Shown: positions 1 through 11,956, counted from the stretch's first letter. The stretch: DNA of 64,000 nucleotides from Selaginella moellendorffii (GCF_000143415.4 NW_003314272.1:1306628-1370627); one strand, 5' to 3'. The notes: a model not told the origin generated them from the letters alone. A program made the numbers and translations.

Positions 1-1115
1 CGCATCTATTGAGTGCAATTCTCAGCAGGGCCAGCCATGGGCAGGCGCTGGATTTGAGGAAGACCCTGTCGGTGTTCACATTCAACAGCATAACCGGCGC
101 CCTCATGAGCAAACGGTACCTCAGCCACGATACCGGTGCGGCTAGCTCAAAGGAGGCCATGGAGTTCAAGAATTGGTTAATCGAAGTGTTGCAGCTTGTT
201 ATGGAGCCCTCTTTGAGCAACTTCGTGCCTTGGTACTTGAGATGGCTTGACTGGAAGACTCCTGGATTGAGACGCCTTCATGCAAAGCTGGATAAGTTCT
301 TGCAAATGGTTGTGGAAGAACACAAGAAGAGCACCCGAGAGCAGAAGGACTTCCTTGACATCCTGCTCAAGGCTTTCGGAGAGGAGGAAGCTTATGCAAA
401 AGCTAATCTGTTGGTACGTGCGTGAGGATGAAGAACAAGATAGTGCTTCTGACATTCATATTCTTTCTTTCAGGACTTGATGGTGGCAGGAACTGAAACT
501 TCCGTCACTGGGACCGAGTGGCTTATGGCAGCAGTGATCCAGGAGCCCCGGATCCTGAAAAAAGCCCAGCAAGAGCTTCACGATGCCGTGGGCAACAGGC
601 GGATGGTGCAAGAATCAGACCTCTCCAAGCTCGGCTACCTCGACGCCATCATCAAGGAGTCACTCAGGCGCTACCCAATAGTCCCGATCTACATCCGCGA
701 GTGCCAAGGCCAAGCGTCAAAACTCGGGGGCTACGACGTCCCAAAAGGAACCATCGTGATCGTCAACTCGTGGGCGCTGGGAATGGACCCCGTGGTGTGG
801 GAGAATCCCACACAATTCTTGCCGGAACGCTTCCTCGCGAGCTCCATCGACATCAAAGGCCAGGACTTTGAACTCCTTCCATTTGGATCTGGGCGGAGGA
901 GATGCCCAGGGATGCCCTTGGGCCTAAGAACCATGAAGCTGCTCGTGGCAAATCTCATACATGGCTTTGACTGGAGTGTGGAGCCTGGGAAGATCCAATC
1001 CATGGAGGATTGCTTCAAATCTACTTGCATCATGAAGCATCCACTGCGGCCAGTGGTTACTCCAAGGCTGCACAAAGATGCCTACACTACCCAAATACAT
1101 GATTTCTTCATATGA
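1..1115 (+). CDS. Cytochrome P450, CYP71 clan (A-type), copy 1; 5' end lies outside the window; exons <1-413 and 474-1115
   Basis: GT-AG intron 414-473 at the A-type position just before the I-helix; motifs AGTET, ESLR (ExxR), PERF and heme FGSGRRRCPG; open to TGA 1113-1115. Near-identical to 13745-14840. Confidence 0.93.
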
Positions 1116-1509
1116 TAAATTTTAATTTAGCTTTTTGCGAGATCCAAATGTACAATTACAAAATTATATACTAATATTAGTGTAGTGGAATTTTGGTAAT
1201 TAATATTAACGTAGTGGAATTTTAGTACCTGTCGGATTGATTTCAATTTAAACCATTCACTTGAGCTAGGGTTTTTGGATTAATTAATATATACATTTTT
1301 TATATTCCCTTTTTCATATCCCTAAGGAGTGTTTGGATTTGGGATTTTGGTTTAGATTTAACTTTAGTATCATCTAGATCTAATTTTTTCCATTTCCTTT
1401 CTTTTATTTATTTCTTTTAAAATTTTGGTTTAGATTTAACTTTTCCATTGTTTAGATCTCCTTTTCCTTTTAGTTTTTTTCACTTCTCTTCTTTTACTCT
1501 TTCTTTTTT

Positions 1510-1721
1510 ATTCATCTTCATAGTAGAGCAGTAGTTTTCTTCTCTTTTGACTCTGGAGCAATATTCATCTTCATAGTAGAGTAGTAGTTTTCTTCTCTTT
1601 TGACTCTGGAGCAATATTCATCTTCATAGTAGAGCAGTAGTTTTCTTCTCTTTTGACTCTGGAGCAATATTCATCTTCATAGTAAAGTAGTAGTTTTCTT
1701 CTCTTTTGACTCTAGAGCAAC
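1510..1721 (+). repeat. Tandem repeat, 4 x 53 bp, spanning the gag start region of element A
   Basis: Unit ATTCATCTTCATAGTAGAGCAGTAGTTTTCTTCTCTTTTGACTCTGGAGCAAT. Present once in element B (~8905-8955, -) and in the 54 kb remnant. Confidence 0.9.
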
Positions 1722-2469
1722 ATTTGATGCAATTGCTTGATGCTATATGATTGCAATTGAACAACCAAACTTAGTTGATGGCGGCATTCATGGCATGTGG
1801 TACAACTCCTCCTACTCTTGATGCTAATCCTCACGTTCGGCTGGAGTTCTTTTATGGGAATCCTAGAGATGATGTGTACCATTGGTTCGATCATTTCACG
1901 ATGATTGCTATATATCATTCTTGGGATGATGCTCGACGTTTGCATGAATTTCCCATGTGTCTCCAAGGGATGGTGTTGGAATGGTACAATGGTTTGAGTG
2001 CAGCCACTCGTAGGGATTGGAGTGTTCTCCCAAACATCTTCAAACGCGTTTACAAATATGCTGATGATTGTGATGATGCCTTCTAACAATTGCATCGTTT
2101 TTGTCAAAGGCCATCTGAGTCTATAATGCAATTTGGTGTTAGTTTCTGAAGCCTCTTGCTTCATGCAGAGTTAAATATGTTGAAGCGGATCAAGTTGGGA
2201 ATGTTATAGCTAACACTTCATCAAGATCTTGTTGAACTTGTGCATGCATTTGCTCCAACCACCCTTGATAATGCTCTTCGCTTGGCACAATGTTATAAAA
2301 TATCGCCTTTTCCACTTCTCGTTGCATGTCCTTTAGCTCCACTTTCTGTGGGCAATGGTCCTATTTCAATGAAAGTTGATGTTGCTGCTGCTCGAGTCCA
2401 AAGACAAGTGCGAGGATGTGGTCGTAGTTATGATGTTCATTGCTAAGTGTGTGATGAAGTTAGTCACAC

Positions 2470-2937
2470 TGTAGTGTATATGATCATGGGATGAGATTTG
2501 GATATACTGTCACCGTGGATCCTTGGAACCTTAGGGGATAAATAGGGATAAAATAGCCACTAAGGGCTCTCTCATCAAGCAATTGCCCCAGTTAGCTTAA
2601 GAGGAGAAAGATAAGGTGTGCTACATGTGGTATTAGAACAAATGGCACGGAAGGATTGGTACATTCAGTGCGGAAATGGAGGTGTTGGTTCCTCTTGGCT
2701 TTGGTTCCTTTTAGCTCAATGGGGGTTGTTATTCAATAGTCAATAAGGACATTGACATCTCTGAAGGGGGGGTGAGTGTAGCACATATGATCATGGGATG
2801 AGATTTGGATATACTGTCACCGTGGACCTTTGAAACCTTAAAGGATAAATAAGGATAAAATAACCACTAAGGGCTCTCTCATCAAGCAATTGCCCCTTTT
2901 CCAATTGGCTTAAGGGAGAGAGATAAAGTGCATTACA
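2470..2937 (+). mobile_element. Complete TRIM (terminal-repeat retrotransposon in miniature), 468 bp, nested in element A gag
   Basis: LTRs 2470-2625 and 2777-2937 (TGTAG...TACA); PBS-like TGGTATTAGAAC (tRNA-iMet type) at ~2628; PPT AAGGGGGGGTGAG; TSD CACAC/CACAT; non-coding ~150 bp interior. Confidence 0.9.
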
Positions 2938-4253
2938 CACATTTATCGACGTTGTTAGTGTTTTTCAAATTGGCAACCTCCATTTCTTGGATGGAGAATT
3001 TGGCATCAATAATGTTTTGTTAGTGTTATTACAGTGGAAGGTTTGGACACCAAGATGCATCCGGGAAACGAGGAATCACCCAAGTAATGGAGGAACCTTG
3101 CACGAATAAGTTAGTGACCCCTCCATCTTTCTTGCAAGAGTATTATCAAGGGGTTCACTTAGCACCAGTTCATCTAGTGTTTACTTTCCAAGTTCGTTTT
3201 TATAATAAAAGGTCTTCTATTATTCTCTCCGTGTTAGTTGATACAGGTTTGAATTTATCTTTTATTGTTTGACCTGTTGCCACATATTGCCATCTACATT
3301 TGCATTGTGTGGCAGAGCCAGTTTTCATTCTTTATGGCAACGGCTGTACACATACATGTGCACTGGATGAGGTGGACCTAGTTGTGGGTATAGGCAATCT
3401 TAAGCTTGAGTTGCAGTCATTGTGGGTGGTGCCAAGTCAAACTTTTGACTTCATCCTTGGTATGGATTGATTGCAACATAATTATGCCAAATGTGACTTT
3501 GAGGCTTCTCCCCCTTGTCTCATACTTCCTTATATTTCATCCATTCCTTTCACTTCCATACCTTTTCGTCCCTTTGCTTATACCTCTACTTCAATTACTT
3601 TTGTTTCCTTATTACTTCCTCCTATGTTTCCGTGTTGTTCCACTTTTCCCTTTTCCGATCCCTTTGATAATCTTTGTATTGTAGCGGTTGACTAGTTCAT
3701 GAAAGAGTATGGCGATCTCTTTGATTTGAGGTATTGTCTGGGGCCAAGATTGCCACATGTCATCCAATTCTAACCAGGGATGCTTGTCTAATCAAAGTTC
3801 ATGTTTGTTATTAGTCACTCAAAGAGATCAAGATTTTACATGCAAACATCAAAAAGATGTTGAAAAAGGGTATTATTCTAAAGTTGTGGAGTCCTTAGGC
3901 ATGTGAATCTCATCTGGTGATAATGCTTGAAGGGAGTATTCATTTCTGCATCAATTATTATCCATTAAATGAAGTGACGATCCCGAATGTGTACCCTCTT
4001 CCTCACACTGTTGATCTTTTGGATCGTCTGGGGAGAAGTCATTGGTTCACCAAGCTAGATCTTGCTTTTATGTATTGGCAAGTACCGATGGCCGAAAAAG
4101 ATATTCCTAAGACTGCTTTTTGTACATTTTTTAGTTTGTATAAATTCTTGGTGATGCTGTTTGGTTTGTAAAATGCCCTAGCAACTTTCCAGCGGATGAT
4201 GGATGAGGTTCTTTGTGATATGCTAGAGGTAACTGCTAACTTCATTAATGATA

Positions 4254-4447
4254 TGTAAGCAACCAAAGGGAACGACTTGAGAGATGATCCATGGGGTTCA
4301 AATATAGAGGGAAAGGGCCCATGAACAAGAGTGCACCCCCTTTTCCAATCGGTTAAGGGTCTTGGGATAGTTGGGGTTAAGCGTCCTTGGGTTTGAATAG
4401 TACTGGGCTGGGTGACCTCCCGGGAAGTCCAAATTCAAGAGCTTACA
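4254..4447 (+). mobile_element. Solo LTR (194 bp) carrying a 5S rRNA-derived segment; Cassandra-like
   Basis: Perfect terminal inverted repeats TGTAAGC...GCTTACA; perfect 5-bp TSD TGATA (4249-4253 and 4448-4452); contains a 5S-like internal control region. Confidence 0.88.
4376..4430 (+). promoter_or_regulatory. 5S rRNA-like Pol III internal promoter (box A, IE, box C) inside the solo LTR; not a complete 5S gene
   Basis: GTTAAGCGTCCTTGGGTTTGAATAGTACTGGGCTGGGTGACCTCCCGGGAAGTCC matches about 47/55 positions of the plant 5S 3' half as I recall it (GTTAAGCGTGCTTGGGCGAGAGTAGTACTAGGATGGGTGACCTCCTGGGAAGTCC). The 5' half of 5S is absent. Confidence 0.85.
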
Positions 4448-4637
4448 TGATATCTTGATCCACTCGGAGGGGACATGGGAGGAACACATCCCATGATGTT
4501 TGTAAAGTGTTAGATTGGCTATGGGACGTTGGTTTAATACTGAAGAGGTTGAAGTGTGTGTTTGGGTCCAAAGACATGACTTATCTTGGGTATTATATTT
4601 CTCATGGGTTTGCAAGTTGATCCTGACAAGCTTGTGG

Positions 4638-5272
4638 TGTGAGACACAAATCCCTTAGCCCCAAAGTGGAGCCAAAAGGGTGCCATGTGGTAGTGGCCGA
4701 AGCAAAAGCCAAACAAGCATAATACATTTGGACTAAAAGCTTCGACTTGAAAAGTCGAGAGTAGGAGTGGAACTCCCAATGAAGGGCTCGAGGAACGAGT
4801 TCGAAGCAAGCAATAAGTGAATCTCTAGAAAAGGGACACAAAAGGACCAATATATAACATATAGAAGTGTCAAGATGGACCCGAGAGGGAATCCAAGGAG
4901 TTTGAGATGGACCCGAGAGGGAATCCAAGGAGTTCGAGATGGACCCGAGATGGAGTCCAAGATGGAGTCTAAGATGGAGTCCAAGATGGATCTGAGATGG
5001 ATCCAAGATGGAGTCTGAGATGGAGTTTGAGATGGAACCGAGACTGAGACTGAGACCGAGACCGAGATCGAGACTGAGTTTGAGACTGAGACCAAGACTG
5101 AGTCTGAGACCGAGACAGAGACCGAGTCCGAGTCCGAGTTTGAGTGCAAATACTAATATAGGTTGTTGGGTGAAAGCCCAAAGTGATCGGTGCAAGGGAT
5201 TCTAAAAGTATAGTAAGGAGAGTGTGGGGGTTGGACCCTAATGGAGCCAATTTGGCCAGAAAAGGCCAGTCT
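4638..5272. mobile_element. Unrelated insert, probably a partial LTR of another family, replacing RNaseH and the integrase N-terminus; contains a tandem array at 4873-5145
   Basis: Starts with TGTGAGAC immediately after RT-linker codons (VDPDKL); TATATAA at ~4851; 32-, 12- and 6-bp repeat units; host integrase resumes at ~5273. No matching CA end or TSD found. Confidence 0.55.
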
Positions 5273-6165
5273 GATGTCTCGGTTGGGGATACACCACACT
5301 TTCACAAGTGTTTATCATGCACAGTCAGACGATTTAGTGGAACAACTCGTTCGAATGTTCAAAGGGATGATCGCGAAGTACGTGAACTTTCAGCATTTGG
5401 ATTGGGATGGTTATTTGCTATCTTTTCAGTATACATATATCACAGGAGTGTAGAGTTCTATTGATGCTTCACCATATAAACTCTTGTATGGTCATGATCT
5501 AATATTATAAACGAAGCTAGGTTTACCTTTGCAATTGCCATGAGTTGCCGATACTAGGTCATGGGATCAGTAATTGATGAGCATCCTTCCACTTGCCCGA
5601 GTAGAGTCTGTTGAACACTTAAGTCGCATACAAGTGGGACAACAACAGTGCTACAACTCCCATCATCATCCACCTACAGAGTATTAAATGGATGACTTAG
5701 CGTTAATACATTTTCCGCATGGTTTATTTAAGGGGCTCCTTGCTCAATAGAAAGGACTGTATCAGATGTTGAGGCAAATTGGACCACAAGTTTATGAGGT
5801 TTGGCATGATGTCCAATAGGCCGATCCTCTAGAAATTGTGTATATGCAACGGTTGAAATGCTTTATACAAAGGGATCAAGAATAGTTGGTACCACCTATA
5901 GATCCACTAATGCCTCCTCCTAACGTTGCACTAGATCTCAACTCGTTTATAAGAGAACCTTGATAGTCTTCCATTATTCCAAGAGGAGGGGATGATGTGA
6001 GGTCTAAGTGTACAGCTATGATGCCATATACTAATATTAGCATAGTGGGATTTTGGTAGCCGTCAGATTGGTTTCAATCCAGACCACTTGCTCCTATATA
6101 TAAGCTAGGGTTTTTGGGCTAATTGATATACACATTTTCTATATTCCCTTTCCATATACCATGCA

Positions 6166-9100
6166 TATACAAAAAATATACATATCAATTAGCCCAAAAA
6201 CCCTAGTGTTCGTCAAATACTAATCCCATGACCTAGTATCGGCAGCTCATGGCAATCACGAAGGTAAATATAGCTTCGTTTATAATATTGGATCATAACC
6301 ATACAAGAGTTTATATGGTGAAGCATCAATAGAACTCTATACTCTTGTGATATATGCATACTGAAAAGACAGCAAATAACCATCCTAATCCAAATGCTGA
6401 AAGTTCACGTATTTCACAATCATCCCTTTGAATGTCCAAACAAGTTATTCTACCAAATCGCTGACTGTGGATGATAAACACTTGTGAGAGTGTGGTGTAT
6501 CCCCAACCGAGACGTCAAAACATGAAATGCCTTAGCCATAAATGCTGGACCATTATCCAAAAAAATCTATAGGAACACCACTCAATTGAGGAGGAAGTAT
6601 CTAACAGCAGTTGCAAAAGTGCTAGCAAGAGCATTAACTTCCACAAGTAGTTAGAAGCAATAATATTGCCAGCAGTCGATCGTGGAAAAGGTCCCATAAG
6701 TTCAAATGCCACCAACTCAAACGAATGGGAAACTGCAATTGACGCCAATCGTCCTTCCGCAACATAAAGGGAGTATTACAAGCTTGACACCAAACGTAGC
6801 TACGCACAACATCATGTCGCATCTCCAGCCAGTAGAAAGACTTACACAAATTCTCGGTCACATGACGATGTCCCATATACTTACCTAGAACAAAAGAATC
6901 ATGGTAAGCATAGAGAAACTGTGGAATAAGATTGAGGGCACCACTAGCCATAAATGATCATCAGGATCCATTCCCACAAAATAAAGAAGGTCGTTTTTAA
7001 GGCGATATTGAGAATGTAAATGCTAGAATGGTAAGTCATCAGTAAATCATGCAAGATTTTCAAACTTCTAGAAGCCTTTGAATCCACGGCTCAATCTTTT
7101 AAACTTTATGAACCTCATCAAGAGAAGGTAGTTCTTTTTTTGTACCTTGTGGACACTAAATGTCAAATACAGCAACCGCCAATGGCATAGAATCCTCGTC
7201 TAGAAAATCCATAGATGCTAAAACAATAGTTTCGTCAAAAATATGAGAAGAGAGCGAAGAAGGAAGAGGAGCTTGAGAAAGGGTGTCAACATCAGCCATA
7301 GAACTTCCCGGGCGATGAACAACATCAAAATCATATATCTGAAGTTTCAAAGCCCACCGAACAGTACGACCAATGAGATTCTTCGGTTTTAATAATGAAG
7401 TAATGACAACATGATCACCTTTTAGTAACGTCCAAGAACCATATAGATATGCATCAAGTTTATCAAAACCCCAAACTGTTGCTAAACACTCCTTCTTTGT
7501 CATGGAGTAGTTCACCTCTGCTAGTTGTAATGTACAGCTGATGTATGCAATGGGATAGTACTGACCAAGAACACTCGGGCTCTATTGCATCAACACACCT
7601 CCAAGACCAATATCAGAAGCATCCACACACAAAATGAAAGGTTGAGTGTACTTAGGATATGCCAAAACTGGAGGAGTCATCAATAGCTCTTTGAGATTTA
7701 TGAATGCCCGCTCACAATCCACAAACCAAATGAAAGATGACATTGATGAGTTTAGCAACACTCGCAACGGTGCAGTGCAATCAAAAAGATGATCCACAAA
7801 ACAATTGAAATACTGCACTTTGCCTAAGAAGTATTGCACATCATTCACACACTTCAGAGTAGGAAACTTTACAACAACCACATATAAACAACTAAATTTT
7901 CCATTCTACTGGAAAATCCCCTCCTCTCAAAATGATAGAAGACCATCAAAGTTCTCTTATAAATGAGCTGGGATCTGGAAGAACATTAGGAGGAGGCATC
8001 GGTGGATCTGTATGTGGTACTAATTGTTCTTGATCCCTGTCGAGGGCTAGAGCAGCTCAAGAATAAGGCTTGGTCGAAGAGGGCTTCCTCCTTTTTTTGG
8101 TTAGGGAATATTCTGCTGGAAAGGGGGTGTGTCTAGAGGTTGACAAGAGGAGGGATGGCCATTTTCTAGGCATAGCATATATGTAGAGTGGAGTAAAATA
8201 AAAAAGAAGGTTCTTGGAAAGAACCTCAAGTTCTTGGAAGGATGCCTCATTCAATAGCCTTGGAGCGCATGGAGTGAAGGTTGGCAATGTAGTGGCGACT
8301 ACAGTTGTTTGAAGAGTGCATCACAGCGAGGATCGCTTAAGATCAATCAATTTGTGTGAGTTGTCTAACTTGTGGGCAGCCCTAAGCTAGGTTGTTGGCA
8401 GAGGTCCTAGCAAAGGTCACCTACAAGGCTAAGGATGAGGCTAGGCAGCAATGATTCTCAACTTCGTTGATGTGTCATTGCCAGGAGTGACATCTTTTGG
8501 TGAGCGAAGCAAGTGTTAAGATTGTGGTAGAAGGGTGAGCACCCGGAAAAGCCAGGCTACCCTCACCAAATCAAGACTGTTCCTTCCTAGTGTTCAAGAG
8601 AATACTCCAATTCTCACAAGTGGCTAAGCTCAAACCATTGTACCACTATAGCACTATCCCTTGGAAACACGTGGGAAACTCATGCAATGTCAAGCATCAT
8701 CCCAAGAATGATATATGGTAATCATCATGAAGTGATCGAACCAATGGTACACATCATCCCTAGGATTCTCATGAAAAAATTCTAGCCAAATACAAGGATT
8801 GGCACCAAGAGCAGGAGGAGTTGTACCACACGCCATAAATGCTGTTATCAATTGAGTTTAGTTGTTTAATTACAATCACATAGCATTAAGCAATTGCACC
8901 AACTGCTGCTCCAGAGTCAAAGGAGGAGGAGATTGCTACTCTGCCATAAAGATGAATGAAAAGGAAATAGCAAAAAAAAAAAGAAATGAAAAAAAACTAA
9001 AAGGAAAGGGAGATCTAAACAATGCAAAAGTTAAATCTAAACCAAAATCTCGAAAAAAAATAACAAAAGAAAGGAAATGGAAAAAGCTAGATCTAGACAA

Positions 9101-9345
9101 TGCAAAAGCTACATATAAACCAAAATCCTAAATCCAAACTCCTCAGGGATAATCAAAGATGCCCTTCAACTTCACCAATATGAGTGCATGGAATATGGAA
9201 AGGGATTATAGAAAATGTGTATATCAATTAGCCCAAACACTTTAACTTATATACAAGAATGAATAGTTTAGATTGAAACCAAACTGACAGCTACCAAAAT
9301 CCCACTATATTAATATTAGTATACAGCATTGTAACTGTACCTCAT
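6166..9345 (-). mobile_element. Rearranged, decayed Ty3/Gypsy element of the same family (element B), inverted relative to A
   Basis: LTR ~9345-9180 (rc matches 5996-6165) followed by TGGTGAAGTTGAAGGG; gag 8950-8600 (rc of 1700-2030); displaced PPT-end block 7915-8040 (rc of 5871-5992); RNaseH (FILCVDASDIGLGGVL, NYSMTKKECLA, RWALKLQ) 7156-7881; integrase HHCC region 6634-6951; integrase core 6210-6520 (rc of 5270-5575); LTR-end remnant 6170-6206. Confidence 0.85.
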
Positions 9346-10436
9346 AATATCAATTATTATATTTGATTTTATACACTCTATTAAACATTAGGAGAATTAA
9401 ATTATATAAAAATTATAATTAAGAAGATATAGTGTAATATTTTATCATTTCAATCAGACTATAATTTAAATAGTTATATTTATCAATAATATATATGAAT
9501 TACCTTATGAGTATTATTATTAATTTAATAAACTTTATAATCTTTAATTTTATAATTCAGTTTTCTATACCTTTTATTAAAATAAATTATTTTTGGAATG
9601 TTAAAGCAATAGTTGCTTAATATCTAAAATTTATTCATTTCTCATAAGGTGATTTAGAAGAATACTTTAAGTTAATTAAGTAAGTTATAAAAGACAATAA
9701 TGATAAATATTCATTTAACTAAGCATATAATGTGTTTAAAATTGTTTAAATTTAAATTTTGAGTTCACAAGTAAAATAAATTATTAAAATACTATATATT
9801 ATAATTAATGTTTAACTCTTAGTTCATATAAGTTTATGCATTTTTACATATAAGTAGTAGCTAGATGATATTTTTATATAAATAACTAAAGTATAAATAT
9901 TTATATTTTAAAGTTATTTTTTCTCACCTTATCACTTTTATAATGAAATTATATTATGTTTTTTAACAGTTACATATTAATAAATTAAATAAAATTTATA
10001 AAAACATTATTTAACTTTTAGGATGTCTATTTTATATGATGGATATTTTTTAACTATCAATATATATATATAGCTCTATAATATATATTACTGAAGTTCC
10101 TCTCAACTTGCAATGTTTAATTAATATATGATATTCACACTCAATGAAGATATTACTATTATTGTTAAACTTTATAATAATTATATTTACATTCTATATA
10201 GGCATTCTAAATCTTACTAACAATTGTATCAAAAAATTTAAATAAACACCTCTTTAACTATCATATATATAAATAGCTTTTATTGCAAGAATTATTAATT
10301 TTTACATATTTAATGTTTGTTCCTAGTTGAAAATTTTACCAAATTTCTTGCCAAAATAATATATAATTCATTAATTTTTTTCATTTGACATAGCAATTAA
10401 AGATTTTTATTTTATGGTTTTGGATGTTGTTGAGGG

Positions 10437-10858
10437 TTTTGCTACATTTACAAATTGCAATCATCACTAGTAAGTAAATACCAAAATCACTAAATCCATA
10501 ATTGTAAACTAAGTAATATAACTTGAAGGAGTGTTATTGTGTTTGTACTAAATTAGTATTAAAGGCTAGAGGAACATGGATGCTCTAAATTCCACAAGAG
10601 AAAACTGTGATAAGACAAAGTTGATGTGATTATAATTATTTACAGCATTGGTTAAGAGAGTTTAGAAATTATAAACAATAAAAATCGTTAGATAGTAAAA
10701 TATTCCAAAATATGTAAGCATATTCTAAATATACCTGCCGGACACTTTTCTGTTCAAACCTACCTGAAATTTTTGATAACGGCTTTTAAAAAAGGAAACG
10801 CTAAGACCTGAGCGACTGAGGGTGTCGCATAGCTGGGATGTGCGATGGGAGTGATAAA
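10437..10858 (+). repeat. Direct duplication of 16573-17169 (non-coding, 3' flank of the TPR gene), lacking ~165 bp
   Basis: Shared blocks such as TTTTGCTACATTT...CAATCATCACTAGTAA, AAATTCCACAAGAGAAAACTGTGATA and GCGACTGAGGGTGTCGCATAGCTGGGATGTGCGATGGGAGTGATAAA. Confidence 0.9.
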
Positions 10859-11546
10859 CCTTAGCCTCTCCGACACTGTTTGTTTGTGGAGCGTCACGGT
10901 GTATTTTAAATGTAACAAGCTGGCGTTGTTTGCGAAGTTCCCGTGCTTTCTTGCGGACCTGTGCCACTGTAATGGATGGCGTTATATGAACGATGTGTAT
11001 TCCAAACGAAACATTTCACAAAAGCCATGATTTTTCGAACAAGATTTGCCAGGCAAACAACAAACACATCAAGAAAAATACGATACCTCTCCCGTATCTC
11101 CAAGTCCGCAGCTCATGTCACTTTGGCCAAAACTCGGATTGAGACCTCGGGACGCAGGCATACTGCAAGCTTGGACGTTCCCCAGGAGCTTTGGACGGCC
11201 ATTATTGCATTGTGTCACCAGCTAGCACCGTGATGCCAATTCCGAGATCACGTCAGCAGAGAGGAGAAAAATCATGTACACTCTGCCTCAAGATCGAAAG
11301 CCAAGAAACCAGGAAAGAGCATTTAACATTTTCTAACGCTGGGCCCCTTCTATAGCTCGCCGACGCGTAGCGCCAGGAAGGCATGAGACGTGTCGATCCA
11401 CGATACACTCACCTCGTGTTTGATCCTAACCGCACGAAACTCCCGAATCTAAGAGCGAGATCCGGGGTAGAGATTTGATGAAGTGACTCAGTGGAGGACC
11501 AAAAGAATATGCTCTGGTTTGAACGCGAGAGAAGAAGCCCTAATGC

Positions 11547-11858
11547 ATGCTTCGCACCTCCAAATGGGGGCGGCTCGCGCGCGCGGTGCTCCAGTCGCAC
11601 AGCCTTGACCTCCGCGAGCAGGAGAACGCGTTCGCGAAGGTGGTGCGCGAATGCGGGCAGGAGCGGGATCTGGAGCGCGGGCGGAGGATCCATGCACAGA
11701 TCCAGGACGCCGGCATCGCCTCCAACACATTCCTGGGCAATCTCCTCGTCCAGATGTATGGCCGCTGCGGCTGCTTCCACGGCGCGCGGGCGGCCTTCGA
11801 TGCCATCCAGCGCCGGAATGTCTTCTCGTGGACGCTCATCGTCACTCGTTCCTATTGA
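11547..11858 (+). pseudogene. Truncated PLS-class PPR fragment
   Basis: VVRECGQERDLERGRRIHAQI...NTFLGNLLVQMYGRCG...ARAAFDAIQRRNVFSWT (L/S PPR motifs); stops after about 2 repeats, ~100 bp from the MTPSL stop. Confidence 0.75.
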
Positions 11859-11956
11859 AGTTGCCACCCTTAATGAGCTCCACACAAGTTCTACACATCA
11901 GAAAACTCGAAAGCTTTATTTCGGTTTGTGGATTTTAGCATGCTTCATCGCAAGAT

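Larger units (their letters stand above)
1136..6165 (+). mobile_element. Decayed Ty3/Gypsy LTR retrotransposon (element A) with short LTRs and three nested inserts
   Basis: 5' LTR from ~1136 aligns with the 3' LTR ~5996-6165, which is preceded by a PPT (AAGAGGAGGGG). Order is gag (1775-2086), Zn-knuckle remnant (~2440-2469), protease VLVDTG (~3230), RT (CINYYPLN, YPLP, KLDLAFMYWQVPM, KTAF, F-I-N-D-I-L; 3917-4480), integrase C-half (~5275-5520), GPY-like tail. Many stop codons; the RNaseH region is replaced by an insert. Confidence 0.88.

Noticed and set aside
1510-1721. CRISPR-like array
   Set aside because: Contiguous near-identical 53-bp units with no unique spacers, in a eukaryotic retroelement context.
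4376-4430. A functional 5S rRNA gene
   Set aside because: Only ~55 nt of the 3' half is present, with no 5' half and no oligo-T terminator, and it is embedded in an LTR with a TSD.
4602-5250. Low-complexity ORFs (LGLSL, SVSVS and RLRPR repeats)
   Set aside because: Translations of a hexamer tandem array that lacks stop codons.
9350-10430. Very AT-rich tracts (also 30180-31400 and 54500-54900)
   Set aside because: No ORFs, termini or periodicity that I could support; likely old transposon interiors.
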